Below the pieces are notes generated by a model. It was given only the letters and a program-made list of their open reading frames with translations, did no database searches and was not told the origin of the DNA. The translations under genes and the position numbers were made by a program. Shown in pieces: positions 36,972 to 46,555 of a stretch of 64,000 nucleotides of DNA. This DNA is from Dehalococcoidia bacterium. Lineage in GTDB: Bacteria > Chloroflexota > Dehalococcoidia > Lucifugimonadales > GCA-2712585. The number at the start of each line of letters is the position of its first letter. Within the stretch, counting starts at the first letter, position 1. The stretch spans positions 145,040 to 209,039 of the forward strand of contig OY762063.1 of assembly GCA_963665075.1 (NCBI GenBank). Reading direction: 5' to 3'.

Positions 36972-37184
36972 TTAAGGAACGGGGTCGTAGCCCTTTCCTC
37001 CCAGGGGACGGCAGCGACCGAGGCGCTTCATGGAAAGCCAGGCGCCTTTGAACGCGCCATGACGCTCGATGGCTTGGTGGGAGTAGTGGGAGCAGGTGGG
37101 TTGAAACCTGCAATAAGTGGGAAGATAGGGAGAGACGGCCAGGCTGTAGAACCTGATGGCGACCAATGCCAGGCGCTTCAACAT
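36972..37184 (-). CDS. yidD: membrane protein insertion efficiency factor YidD
   Basis: LVAIRFYSLAVSPYLPTYCRFQPTCSHYSHQAIERHGAFKGAWLSMKRLGRCRPLGGKGYDPVP. I set the start at ATG 37184, which overlaps the rnpA stop by 1 nt (TGATG). Confidence 0.9.
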   Translation of the reverse strand: MLKRLALVAIRFYSLAVSPYLPTYCRFQPTCSHYSHQAIERHGAFKGAWLSMKRLGRCRPLGGKGYDPVP

Positions 37185-37537
37185 CAGCGTCCGCGGCTCC
37201 GGGACGAGCTTTCCAAAAGATTGCTCCTTCTCAGCAGGTTGTAGACGGCCCATTTCATACTGTCGAAACTGGCGTCCACGCTGTTTTTTCTCACGATGAA
37301 TACCAAATCCCAGCCGGCCTTGACCGGCGCGACTCTGAGTATCTCCTTGAGTCTGCGCCTGAGCCTGTTTCTAACAACGGCGTTGCCGATTCGGCGGGTT
37401 GCGGTAAATCCAAAGCGGGTTTCTGCTTCGTTATTGGCGAGGATTCTCAGAACGAGAAGATTGTTAACCCAAACCCTGCCCTCGTCGCGCATCTGGGAAA
37501 ACCTTCGGCTGCTTCTTAACCGCTGGTCTCTCCTCAT
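37184..37537 (-). CDS. rnpA: ribonuclease P protein component
   Basis: RLRSSRRFSQMRDEGR...RFGFTATRRIGNAVVRNRLRRRLKEILR (RNR motif). Lies downstream of rpmH. Confidence 0.92.
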   Translation of the reverse strand: MRRDQRLRSSRRFSQMRDEGRVWVNNLLVLRILANNEAETRFGFTATRRIGNAVVRNRLRRRLKEILRVAPVKAGWDLVFIVRKNSVDASFDSMKWAVYNLLRRSNLLESSSRSRGR

Positions 37538-37552
37538 GAACTTCGGGCATGG

Positions 37553-37690
37553 CTAGACGGTGAGCCGGCGACGGCCCTTGAATCGGCGCCGCTTGAGGAC
37601 GTTTTGACCCCCGCGGCTCCTCATGCGGCGGATGAAACCGTGGACTCGCTTCCGGCGTCGGACTTTGGGTTGGTATGTACGCTTGGGCAT
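37553..37690 (-). CDS. rpmH: 50S ribosomal protein L34 (45 aa; below the size cut-off of the supplied ORF track)
   Basis: Hand translation of the minus strand gives [45 protein letters not shown], then a stop (TAG at 37555-37553). Confidence 0.93.
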   Translation of the reverse strand: MPKRTYQPKVRRRKRVHGFIRRMRSRGGQNVLKRRRFKGRRRLTV

Positions 37691-37789
37691 GCTGTTTCAG
37701 TCTCCTAAGTCAGACGATTATAATTATTGGGAAATTCCCTGTCAATTTTCAATGGGGATTTGGGGGAGTTCAGGCCAGGATGGGTGGAG

Positions 37790-38062
37790 AGGGGGATGGA
37801 TTCCCGCCTTCGCGGGAATGACGAGGGGGGGCGGGAATGACGAAGGAGGGAATGGGGAACGCTCGACCCTTCGACAGGCTCAGGGTGAGCGGGGGGAGTC
37901 ACCCCCATCCTGACCTTCCCCCGTCAAGGGGGAAGGGATAAGAGGGGAACGCTCGACCCTTCGACAGGCCCTTCGACAAGCTCAGGATGATCTCAGGGTG
38001 AGCGGGGGGAGTCACCCCCATCCTAACCTTGCCCCGTCAAGGGGGAAGGGAGAAGAGGGGAG
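37790..38062 (+). repeat. intergenic repeat cluster upstream of rpmH (A, C, B, C, B)
   Basis: A at 37797, C at 37861, B at 37899, C at 37950, B at 38010. Confidence 0.85.
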
Positions 38063-38086
38063 AGGATTGACACGAAAGGGGTCGAG

Positions 38087-38830
38087 TTGAAGGTCAAGAG
38101 AAAGCGGCTGGACGTGCTGCTGGTGGAGCGGGAGATGGTTCCAAGCCGGGCCAAGGCGCAGGCGTTGATAATGGCGGGGGAGGTTTCTTCCGAAGGGCTG
38201 GCGCTGACCAAGGCAGGCGCGCTGGTGGCGGTTGACGCGCCTATCAGCATTCGGGAGAAGCCGCCGTTCGTTGGACGGGGCGGGTTGAAGCTGGCCCATG
38301 CGCTGGAGGAATTTGGCGTCAATCCGAAGGGGATGACGGCGCTGGACGTGGGAGCTTCTACGGGGGGATTCACGGACTGCCTGCTGCAGGGTGGGGCGCG
38401 TCGGGTGTATGCGCTGGACGTGGGCAGGGGGCAGTTGGACTATGGGCTGCGTCAAGACCCCAGGGTGGTTGTGATGGAAAGGGTGAACGCCCACTATCCC
38501 TTTGAGTTGCCGGAGAAAGTGGGAGTCGTCACGGTGGACGTTTCCTTCATATCGTTGACGCAGGTGCTTCCCAACGTACTGCCCCATCTGAAGGAAGGGG
38601 GATGCGTGGTCGCGCTGGTTAAGCCCCAGTTCGAGGCGCGGCGGCGGGAGGTTGGGAAGGGCGGGGTGGTCCGCGACCCGCTCATCCACGCGAGGGTGTT
38701 GGGACGGGTTATCCGGTGGGCGACGGATGCAGGGTTGCGTCTGCGCGGGATTACGCCGTCGCCGATTCTGGGGGCGGCGGGCAACCGGGAATTCTTCCTG
38801 CATCTGAGTTTCTACGAAGATGGGACGTAA
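38087..38830 (+). CDS. tlyA: TlyA-family rRNA 2'-O-methyltransferase (S4 plus FtsJ domains)
   Basis: RLDVLLVEREMVPSRAKAQALIMAGEV (S4), then ALDVGASTGGFTDCLLQGGARRVYALDVG (SAM motif). TTG start. Confidence 0.88.
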   Translation: MKVKRKRLDVLLVEREMVPSRAKAQALIMAGEVSSEGLALTKAGALVAVDAPISIREKPPFVGRGGLKLAHALEEFGVNPKGMTALDVGASTGGFTDCLLQGGARRVYALDVGRGQLDYGLRQDPRVVVMERVNAHYPFELPEKVGVVTVDVSFISLTQVLPNVLPHLKEGGCVVALVKPQFEARRREVGKGGVVRDPLIHARVLGRVIRWATDAGLRLRGITPSPILGAAGNREFFLHLSFYEDGT

Positions 38831-39722
38831 ACCTCGCTTCCTCGCCATCGGGCACGTGACGCGGGACCTGACGGAGGGAGGGCCGGTCGCGGGCGGGGCG
38901 GCGTTGTACGCGTCAGTGACGGCGGCGCGGTTGGGTTGGAAGTCGGGGCTGGTTACGCGGGGGGCGCCGCCGGAGGCGCGGGAGTTTCTCAGTTCGCTGG
39001 ACATGGTTGTCAACGAGCCGTCGGAGACAACCACCACCTTCGACATACGCTATTCCCGGGATGCGCGAAGGGTTGCGCTACGTGAACTTGCGCCGCCCAT
39101 TGAGGCGCAACAGTTGCCGGCGGACTGGGAGGATGCGTCCGTTGTGATGCTGGCGCCGGTGTTTCAGGAAGCGCCGACGTCGTTGGCGGGGCGGTTTCCG
39201 GGGGCGCTGATGGGCGTCTCGCCGCAGGGTTGGCTGCGACGAAGGTCGGCATCGGGTAAGGTCGAGGCCGCTGAATGGTATGACGCGGAAGTCTTGAATC
39301 GAGCCGACGTGGTTGTGCTTTCAGAGTTGGACGTGGTGGGCGGGCGGATTCCATCGCGATGGCTTGAGCACGACGGGGTATTCATCCTGACCAAAGGCAG
39401 ACGCGGCGCAATGATGCGGCATGGGGGAAGGCGGTTCGACATTCCGCCCTATCGGGCGAATGAGGTTGATGCGACGGGGGCCGGGGATGTATTCGCCGCC
39501 GCCTTTCTGATACGATATTTTGATACAAACGACGTCTGCGCCGCCGCGCTGTTCGCCAGCTGCGCCGCATCTTTGAAGGTGGAAGGAATCGGAGTCGCGG
39601 CAATTCCGACAAGGGAGCGGGTTCAACGAAGGATGAACCGCTATCCGGCCATGAGGGTGAAGGCGTCAAATTCCGATGAATCCCAGGTTTACGAGTCAGG
39701 AGTCTTCGACAACGATGTTTAG
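38820..39722 (+). CDS. PfkB-family carbohydrate/nucleoside kinase
   Basis: FLAIGHVTRD N-terminus and the ATP motif DATGAGDVFAAAFLIRY. Overlaps tlyA by 11 nt and ileS by 8 nt. Confidence 0.82.
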   Translation: MGRKPRFLAIGHVTRDLTEGGPVAGGAALYASVTAARLGWKSGLVTRGAPPEAREFLSSLDMVVNEPSETTTTFDIRYSRDARRVALRELAPPIEAQQLPADWEDASVVMLAPVFQEAPTSLAGRFPGALMGVSPQGWLRRRSASGKVEAAEWYDAEVLNRADVVVLSELDVVGGRIPSRWLEHDGVFILTKGRRGAMMRHGGRRFDIPPYRANEVDATGAGDVFAAAFLIRYFDTNDVCAAALFASCAASLKVEGIGVAAIPTRERVQRRMNRYPAMRVKASNSDESQVYESGVFDNDV

Positions 39723-42700
39723 CAAGGTGAGCAGCAGGGTCAGCTTCCCCGATATGGAGCGCGAGGTGCTCCGGTATTGGAAGGAGCATCAAATCTTCGA
39801 GAAGAGCGAGCAGGGCGAGGACAAGGCCCTGTTCATGTTTTACGAGGGGCCGCCGACGGCCAACGGCAGCCCCGGCATTCATCACGTGCTGGCCCGCGCC
39901 TTCAAGGACGTCATCTGCCGGTACAAGACGATGAAGGGGTTCCGTCCGCTTCGGAAGGGGGGTTGGGATACCCACGGGCTGCCGGTGGAGCTGGAGGTGG
40001 AGCGGGAGTTGGGGCTTACGTCGAAGCGTCAGATCGAGGAGTACGGCATCGCGGAGTTTAACGAGAAGTGCCGCGAGAGCGTGTTCAAGTACGTGAAGGA
40101 GTGGGAGGACCTGACGGACCGCATCGGCTATTGGGTGGACATGAAGGACCCCTACGTGACGCTGCACAATTCGTACATCGAGACGGGGTGGTGGATTCTG
40201 AAGGAGATGTGGGAGAAGGGGCTGATCTACAAGGGGATGAAGGGGACGCCGCACTGCCCGCGCTGCGTGAGTTCGCTGAGTTCCCACGAGGTGGCGTTGG
40301 GGTATCAGGAGAACACGCCCGACCCTTCGGTTTATGTGAAGTTTCCGGTGGAGGACGCGGTGGGGTTGGTGGGAGAAGGCGAAGGGGTTCCTTCGCCGGT
40401 GTACCTGCTGGCATGGACTACAACGCCGTGGACGCTGCCCGGAAATACGGCGCTGGCGGTAGACCCGTCGGCGGACTACAGCCTGGTGGAAGCGGAGTCG
40501 GATAGTGGGACGGAGGGGCTGATTCTGGCGGACGCGCTGGTGGATTCGGTGGTTGGGGAGTGCCGTCGGGTTCGGAGCTTCAAAGGGTCGGAGTTGGTGG
40601 GCGTCACTTATGGGAAGTTGTATGACGCGGCGGCTAACGGGGTGGAGGTCTTCCGGTTCGTGAGGCCGGAAGGGTCGACGGGGGACGCGACGGTTCTGGA
40701 GCCGGTTGACGACTTCGAGCCTGCGGTCATCGAAGGGGATTTCGTGTCGCTGGACGAAGGGACGGGCATCGTCCACATAGCGCCTGCCTTTGGCGACGAA
40801 GACCTTTCGGCGGGACGAAGCGACGCTTTGGCCTTCGTGCAGCAGGTGGACTTGCAGGGCAACATCACCGGCGACTTCCCCTTCGCCGGAAAGTTCGTGA
40901 AGGACGCCGACAAGGACATCATGGCCGACCTGAAAGAGCGCGGCTTGCTGCACAAACGGGGCATCTATCGTCACACCTACCCCTTCTGCTGGCGATGCAA
41001 GACCCCGCTGCTGTACTACGCGAAGGAGTCCTGGTACATCCGCACGACGGCCATGAAGGAGCAGTTGATCGCGAACAACCGGAGCATCAACTGGTACCCG
41101 GAGTACATCAAGGAAGGGCGGTTCGGCGAGTGGCTGCGGAACGGGGTGGACTGGGCGATTTCGCGGGAGCGGTATTGGGGCACGCCGATACCCTTCTGGC
41201 AGTGCGAAGGCTGCGGAAAGCATCACTGCGTCGGGAACGTGGCGGAACTGAAGCGGATGGCTACGGCGGAGCATCGGGATGGGATAGACTCGCTGGACCT
41301 GCATCGTCCCTACGTGGATGCGGTGACGCTGGATTGTCCCGACGGGGACTGCGACGGGGTCATGCGGCGGGTGCCGGAGGTCATGGACGCGTGGTTCGAC
41401 TCAGGGGCGATGCCGATGGCGCAGTGGAACGTCACTTCCAGGAAAGATATGGACGGCATCCGGCGGAACGGGCTGTTTCCCGCCGAGTACATATCGGAAG
41501 CCGTCGACCAGACGCGCGGGTGGTTCTACAGCCTGCTGGCAATTTCGACGCTGGTGACGGATAAGCCCAGTTACGAGAACGTCATCTGCCTGGGCCTCAT
41601 CCTGGACGAGAAGGGGCGGAAGATGAGCAAGTCTCTGGGCAACATCGTCAACCCGTGGGACGTGCTGGACGCCCAGGGCGCGGACGCCATCCGGTGGTAT
41701 CTGTTCACCGCGACGCAGCCGGGGGACTCGCGCCGATTCTCCCAAAGGCTGGTCAACGAGGTGGTGCGTCGGTTCATGCTGACGTTGTGGAACGTGTACT
41801 CCTTCTTCACCACCTACGCGGAGATAGACGGGTATGACCCGTCCGAACAGAAGGGGCCTGAGGAGCCGACGTCCGAACTTGACCGGTGGATACTTTCGGA
41901 GATGAACCTGCTGATAGCGCAGGTGGACGAGGCGCTGGAGGGGTACGAGCCGACGAATGGCGGAAGGCGGATTCAGGAGTTCGTGGACCTGCTTTCCAAC
42001 TGGTACGTGCGTCGCAGCCGGCGCCGGTTCTGGAAGAGCGAGAACGACGAGGACAAGCTGTCGGCGTATTCGACGCTGTACTTCTGCCTGGCGAATCTGT
42101 GCAGGCTGATGGCGCCGTACACGCCCTTCCTGTCGGAGTCGATGTACCAGAACCTGGTGCGGTCGGTGGATGCCGACGCGGCGGAGAGCGTGCATCTGGC
42201 GGAGTTTCCGACTTGCGACGAGGGGCGCATCGACGAGGGGCTGATGGAGGCGACGCGGCTGGCGATGAAGCTTTCCAGCCTGGGTCGGGATGCGCGGTCG
42301 CGGGCGGGGAAGAAGGTGCGTCTGCCTCTTAGAAAGGCGTTGGTGCGGACGCGGGAGGCTTCCGAGGGACGTCACGTCGGGCAGATAGAGACGCAGCTGC
42401 GGGAGGAGTTGAACATCAAGGAGATCGAGGTTCTGGAGGCGTCGAACCCGTTCTACACGGAGGCGGTGGAAGTGTCGGGAAGGAAGCGGAGGGCGGCGGT
42501 TTTGGGAGACTTCCAGGCAGTCCTGGACGGCGGCTACATGGTGGCCATCGACACGGCGGTTACGCCCGAACTGGCGCAGGAGGGAATGGCGCGGGAGCTT
42601 GTCCACCGAATCCAGAATATGCGCCGCGCGGCGGGGTTCGAGGTGACGGACAGGATTGCGTTGTTCTACCAGGGGCCGTCGGAGGTTGCGGCGGTGATGG

Positions 42701-42834
42701 AGGGATTCGGCGACTATGTGCGGACGGAGACGCTGGCGGAGTCGGTTGTCGCGGGGGAGGCGGGGGAAGGCGCGCACGTGGCGTCGCACAAGCTGGAGGG
42801 GATGGAGGTGACGTTGGGGGTGCGGCGGGTTTAG
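39715..42834 (+). CDS. ileS: isoleucyl-tRNA synthetase (type 2)
   Basis: PPTANGSPGIHHVLARAFKD (HIGH), KMSKSLGN, and a CP1 editing domain. I set the start at ATG 39715. Confidence 0.95.
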   Translation: MFSKVSSRVSFPDMEREVLRYWKEHQIFEKSEQGEDKALFMFYEGPPTANGSPGIHHVLARAFKDVICRYKTMKGFRPLRKGGWDTHGLPVELEVERELGLTSKRQIEEYGIAEFNEKCRESVFKYVKEWEDLTDRIGYWVDMKDPYVTLHNSYIETGWWILKEMWEKGLIYKGMKGTPHCPRCVSSLSSHEVALGYQENTPDPSVYVKFPVEDAVGLVGEGEGVPSPVYLLAWTTTPWTLPGNTALAVDPSADYSLVEAESDSGTEGLILADALVDSVVGECRRVRSFKGSELVGVTYGKLYDAAANGVEVFRFVRPEGSTGDATVLEPVDDFEPAVIEGDFVSLDEGTGIVHIAPAFGDEDLSAGRSDALAFVQQVDLQGNITGDFPFAGKFVKDADKDIMADLKERGLLHKRGIYRHTYPFCWRCKTPLLYYAKESWYIRTTAMKEQLIANNRSINWYPEYIKEGRFGEWLRNGVDWAISRERYWGTPIPFWQCEGCGKHHCVGNVAELKRMATAEHRDGIDSLDLHRPYVDAVTLDCPDGDCDGVMRRVPEVMDAWFDSGAMPMAQWNVTSRKDMDGIRRNGLFPAEYISEAVDQTRGWFYSLLAISTLVTDKPSYENVICLGLILDEKGRKMSKSLGNIVNPWDVLDAQGADAIRWYLFTATQPGDSRRFSQRLVNEVVRRFMLTLWNVYSFFTTYAEIDGYDPSEQKGPEEPTSELDRWILSEMNLLIAQVDEALEGYEPTNGGRRIQEFVDLLSNWYVRRSRRRFWKSENDEDKLSAYSTLYFCLANLCRLMAPYTPFLSESMYQNLVRSVDADAAESVHLAEFPTCDEGRIDEGLMEATRLAMKLSSLGRDARSRAGKKVRLPLRKALVRTREASEGRHVGQIETQLREELNIKEIEVLEASNPFYTEAVEVSGRKRRAAVLGDFQAVLDGGYMVAIDTAVTPELAQEGMARELVHRIQNMRRAAGFEVTDRIALFYQGPSEVAAVMEGFGDYVRTETLAESVVAGEAGEGAHVASHKLEGMEVTLGVRRV

Positions 42835-42839
42835 GGGAA

Positions 42840-42985
42840 CTTCACCCCCATCCCAACCTTCCCCCATCAAGGGGGAAGGGGCAAGAGGGGAGGGCGCTCG
42901 ACCCTTCGACATGCTCAGGGTGAGCGGGAAGGGGTTAGGCTCAGGGTGAGCGGGGGAGTCACCCGTGGGATTCTTCGTCGCCAGG
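42840..42985 (+). repeat. intergenic repeat cluster after ileS (B, C with a duplicated GGCTCAGGGTGAGCGG, F-like)
   Basis: B at 42843-42888, C at 42894-42953, and GGGATTCTTCGTCGCCAGGGATTC at ~42967. Confidence 0.8.
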
Positions 42986-42989
42986 GATT

Positions 42990-43199
42990 CTACGCACGGT
43001 CAAAGTCCCGTCTGTTTATCCCCAGGTCGCGTCGAATTCCATGCAGCGCGCCTGTAGCCAAGTCACGATTCGAATGTCGGGGAATCGTGGTTTCCCGGTT
43101 GTTTGCCGGGTTGATCCATATTTCGTGAGAGCCGCCCGCCTGACGGTAAAATTCGCATCCAGGCCTTCGCAGTTTCCTGGTAGGTTCCCTATAGGTCAT
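42990..43199 (-). CDS. hicA: HicA-family mRNA interferase toxin
   Basis: 69 aa: YRQAGGSHEIWINPANNRETTIPRHSNRDLATGALHGIRRDLGI matches the HicA pattern (GSH....P......T.P.H...L..GTL..I....G). Confidence 0.85.
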   Translation of the reverse strand: MTYREPTRKLRRPGCEFYRQAGGSHEIWINPANNRETTIPRHSNRDLATGALHGIRRDLGINRRDFDRA

Positions 43200-43441
43200 A
43201 CGGGCACGGAAATTCTACCGCGTCCTGTGGCCGACGGGACTATGCTCGGCGGAAGGGACTTGCCCCTTTCTCTATAGGACAGAATGAACTGTCTAGCGAC
43301 TTCGGACAGTTCGGCAAGAGATTCGCTAGCTGTTTCAGCCCACGCGCGACATCCGGGGAGGGCCGGAATCTCCGCCATGTAGAGCCAACCCTGGTCTTCG
43401 CGCGGTTCGTGCAGAACACAGTCCAGCTGATAAATCTCCAT
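43196..43441 (-). CDS. hicB: HicB-like antitoxin (N-terminal HicB fold only)
   Basis: WLYMAEIPALPGCRAWAETASESLAELSEVARQFILSYRERGKSLP is typical of the HicB/UPF0150 fold. ATG 43441 is preceded by GGGGAGGA; the longer track start at 43546 remains possible. 4-nt overlap with hicA. Confidence 0.75.
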   Translation of the reverse strand: MEIYQLDCVLHEPREDQGWLYMAEIPALPGCRAWAETASESLAELSEVARQFILSYRERGKSLPPSIVPSATGRGRISVPV

Positions 43442-43555
43442 CTTGTCCTCCCCATAGTCCTGGCTTCCAGTAACCCCTTCATTTGCCCATAGCGCTGCGT
43501 CTATCCTGGTTCCGTCTACACCCCGGCGAAACGCGCCTTCGGGCATTGGGAGAAG

Positions 43556-43583
43556 AGTATAACATCCGTGGGTTGGCGGGCAA
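43556..43583 (-). promoter_or_regulatory. candidate promoter of hicBA
   Basis: On the minus strand: TTGCCC (43583-43578), a 16-nt spacer, then TATACT (43561-43556). Confidence 0.35.
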
Positions 43584-43607
43584 CGGGCAAGCCCGCTTCA
43601 TGCGGGG

Positions 43608-45107
43608 TTAGAGGGGGGATTGGGGGCGTTCGCCGAGTTGGACCTGGAAGAGGGCGGTTTGGCCGTCTCGCCACACTTCCACTTCTACGGTTTCGTCCAC
43701 GTTGAACTTGAGGCGCAGGAGGATGACGAAGTCGCGGAAGTTGGCGGTGGGCCGGCCGTTCATGGACATGATGACGTCGTCGTCCAGGAGGCCGGCGGCC
43801 GCGGCCGGGCCGTCTTCCATGACGGTCCGGATGAGGATGCCGCCGGTGACGGGCATGTTCCTGTCCTCCGCCATTTCCGCGTCCATCTCGGAGACGATGA
43901 CGCCAAGCCAGGGCCAGCGGACGCGCCCCCATTCGATAAGCTGGTTGGAGACGTGGATGGCGGTTTCGCCGCCGACGGCGAAGCCGATGCCTTCGACTCT
44001 TTCGCCGCGAATGGCGGCGGTGTTGATGCCGACGATTTCGCCGGCCAGGTTCATTAGCGGGCCGCCGCTGTTGCCGGGGTTTATGACGGCGTCCGTCTGG
44101 ATCAGGTCGTAGAGGACTTTATCGTCATCGAGTTCGAGGCTGCGGTCGAGGGCGGAGACGATGCCGAGGGTGACGGATGGGCCGCCGGCGAGGGTGAGGG
44201 CGTTGCCGATGGCGATGACCCATTCGCCGACGCGGACGCCTTCGGGGTCGGCGAATGGGATGAAGGGAAGGTCGGTTTCGTCCACGCGCAGAAGGGCGAG
44301 ATCGGTGAGGGGGTCGGAACCTTCCAGTTCGGCGTCTAGCTTGCGTCCGTCGTCCAGGGTTACGGAGACGGTGAGGGCGTCTTCTATGACGTGGTGGTTG
44401 GTGAGGATATGGCCGTCGCCGTCGATGACCACGCCGGAGCCGCTGTGGGTTTGCTCGTCGTCAGTGTCGGTGGCTTCCGCCATGATGGCGACGACGGAAA
44501 CGACGGCGGCGCGGACTTGTTCGACCATCGAAGCGATGTCGTAGAGGCTGGCGACGGGGGGCGGGCTTTCGGGCGTGGGGTTGGGGACGAAGTGGGGGGT
44601 GGGTTCGGGCGTCGGCTCAGGCGTCGGCTCAGGCGTCGGTTCGGGTGTCGGTTCGGGCGTAGGCTCGGGTGTGGGCTCGGGCGTCGGTTCGGGCGTTGGT
44701 TCCTGAGTGGGTTCCGGCGTCGGCGGAGGCGTTGGTTCAGGGGTGGGCGTCTCAGTTGGCGTCGGCGTGGGTGTCGGCGTCGGCGTTAGGGTGGGAGACT
44801 GGGTAGGCGTGGGTACAGGCGTGAGAGGAGGATTAGGAGTTGGTCGAGGTCGGGCTGTCGGAGATGGAGGCGGCGTTGGCGTGGGGGCGGCGACTACGGG
44901 TTGCGGCGTCGCCGTTGGTGTCGGTGGGGGAGCGGGGGTTGGGGTGGCGATTGCCTGGGTGGGAGCGATGGTTGGCGAGGGGGTGGGGGGTGCGTCGTTG
45001 TTGTCGACGGGTCTGGAGGGGAAGCAGGCGACGAGGAGGAGCGCCGCGAGGAGGGGGAGGATGGCGGCGGCGGTTCGTCGGGATATGGGGGTTGGTCGGA
45101 TGGGCAT
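43608..45107 (-). CDS. HtrA/DegP-family serine protease (trypsin-like plus PDZ) with N-terminal anchor and ~160-aa Pro/Thr/Glu linker
   Basis: Catalytic triad contexts TNHHVIE, DLALLRV, GNSGGPL. One C-terminal PDZ domain. An N-terminal hydrophobic segment AAAILPLLAALLLVA is followed by (EPTP)n. Confidence 0.9.
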   Translation of the reverse strand: MPIRPTPISRRTAAAILPLLAALLLVACFPSRPVDNNDAPPTPSPTIAPTQAIATPTPAPPPTPTATPQPVVAAPTPTPPPSPTARPRPTPNPPLTPVPTPTQSPTLTPTPTPTPTPTETPTPEPTPPPTPEPTQEPTPEPTPEPTPEPTPEPTPEPTPEPTPEPTPEPTPHFVPNPTPESPPPVASLYDIASMVEQVRAAVVSVVAIMAEATDTDDEQTHSGSGVVIDGDGHILTNHHVIEDALTVSVTLDDGRKLDAELEGSDPLTDLALLRVDETDLPFIPFADPEGVRVGEWVIAIGNALTLAGGPSVTLGIVSALDRSLELDDDKVLYDLIQTDAVINPGNSGGPLMNLAGEIVGINTAAIRGERVEGIGFAVGGETAIHVSNQLIEWGRVRWPWLGVIVSEMDAEMAEDRNMPVTGGILIRTVMEDGPAAAAGLLDDDVIMSMNGRPTANFRDFVILLRLKFNVDETVEVEVWRDGQTALFQVQLGERPQSPL

Positions 45108-45129
45108 TGTTGTGGGTTTCGTGGGGGGG

Positions 45130-45345
45130 GGGAATCACCCTCACCTTAATCCTCTCCCTCAAGGGAGAGGAAAGAAGATGGGATCTCCATCAAGGGAGAG
45201 GATTAAGATGGGGTCTCCTTCAGGGTGAAGGGGGGAGATGGGATCGCTCTTTCGCGGGAGTAGGGGTTGTGCAAAGGTTGCGTCAAGGGAGAAGATGGAT
45301 TCCCGCCTTCGCGGGAATGACGAAGGGGGTGGCGGGAATGACGGT
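45130..45345 (+). repeat. intergenic repeat cluster (B', degenerate copies, D-variant, A plus half-site)
   Basis: B' at 45135-45172, GGTTGTGCAAAGGTTGCG at ~45265, A at 45296. Confidence 0.8.
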
Positions 45346-45417
45346 GATTGGGGGTGGGTTTCGTGTGGGTACGTTGGGGGGTGTGGGGTGGATTCAAGGG
45401 GGGATGGCATTTCCTTC

Positions 45418-46146
<729 letters not shown>

Positions 46147-46224
46147 GGGGCCTCCGATATGTATTTTAGCAGGGGAATTGTGAAGGGGGGTGGTAATTAT
46201 AGCGGTTGTGGGGGACGGGGTGGG

Positions 46225-46545
46225 GAATCACCCCCATCTCAATCTTCCCCCGTCAAGGGGGAAGAGGTAAGAGGAGACTGGATTCCGGCTTTCGCGGGAG
46301 CAAGAGGGGGGCGCTCGACCCTTCGACAGGCCCTTCGACAAGCTCAGGACAGACTCAGGGTGAGCGGGAGTGCGGGTTTGGTGTGGCGACGGGGGGCACC
46401 CCCATCTCAATCTTCCCCCATGAAGGGGGAAGAGGCTAATGGGCGCCCTTGGGAGGGTTGTGCAACGTTCTCCATGAAGGGGGAAGAGGTTAATTGGCGC
46501 TCTTGGGGGGTATGCAAAGGTCTGCGTCAAGGGGGAAGGGATAAG
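46225..46545 (+). repeat. intergenic repeat cluster (B, decayed A, C, B, B-fragment, D-variant)
   Basis: B at 46228 and 46397. The A copy at 46279 has a broken stem (TTCCGGC...GCGGGAG). C at 46311-46368. GTATGCAAAGGTCTGCG at 46510. Confidence 0.8.
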
Positions 46546-46555
46546 ATGGGAGGGG

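Noticed and set aside
37691-38086. A replication origin next to rpmH. The rpmH-rnpA-yidC-jag cluster is usually oriC/dnaA-proximal.
   Set aside because: No dnaA or dnaN gene is present. I saw no cluster of TTATCCACA-like boxes and no AT-rich unwinding element. The spacer is made of A, B and C modules, and repeat orientation does not flip across it.
39382-41304. Very long antisense ORFs opposite well-supported genes. Examples: 640 aa and 503 aa opposite ileS; 544 aa opposite guaA (57822-59456); 494 aa opposite purF (32418-33902); 433 aa opposite pnp (12128-13429); 432 aa opposite asd (8715-10013); 388 aa opposite tyrA (22853-24019); 381 aa opposite yidC (34575-35720); 344 aa opposite tlyA (38012-39046); 346 aa opposite the polyprenyl-like gene (55466-56506); 303 aa opposite rsmI; and 292 aa opposite the prenyl synthase.
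   Set aside because: Their composition is dominated by Arg, Pro, Gly, His and Ala, with no recognisable motifs. Each lies opposite a gene with clear family signatures. Stop-poor antisense frames are expected in a GC-rich genome. I treat them as shadow ORFs.
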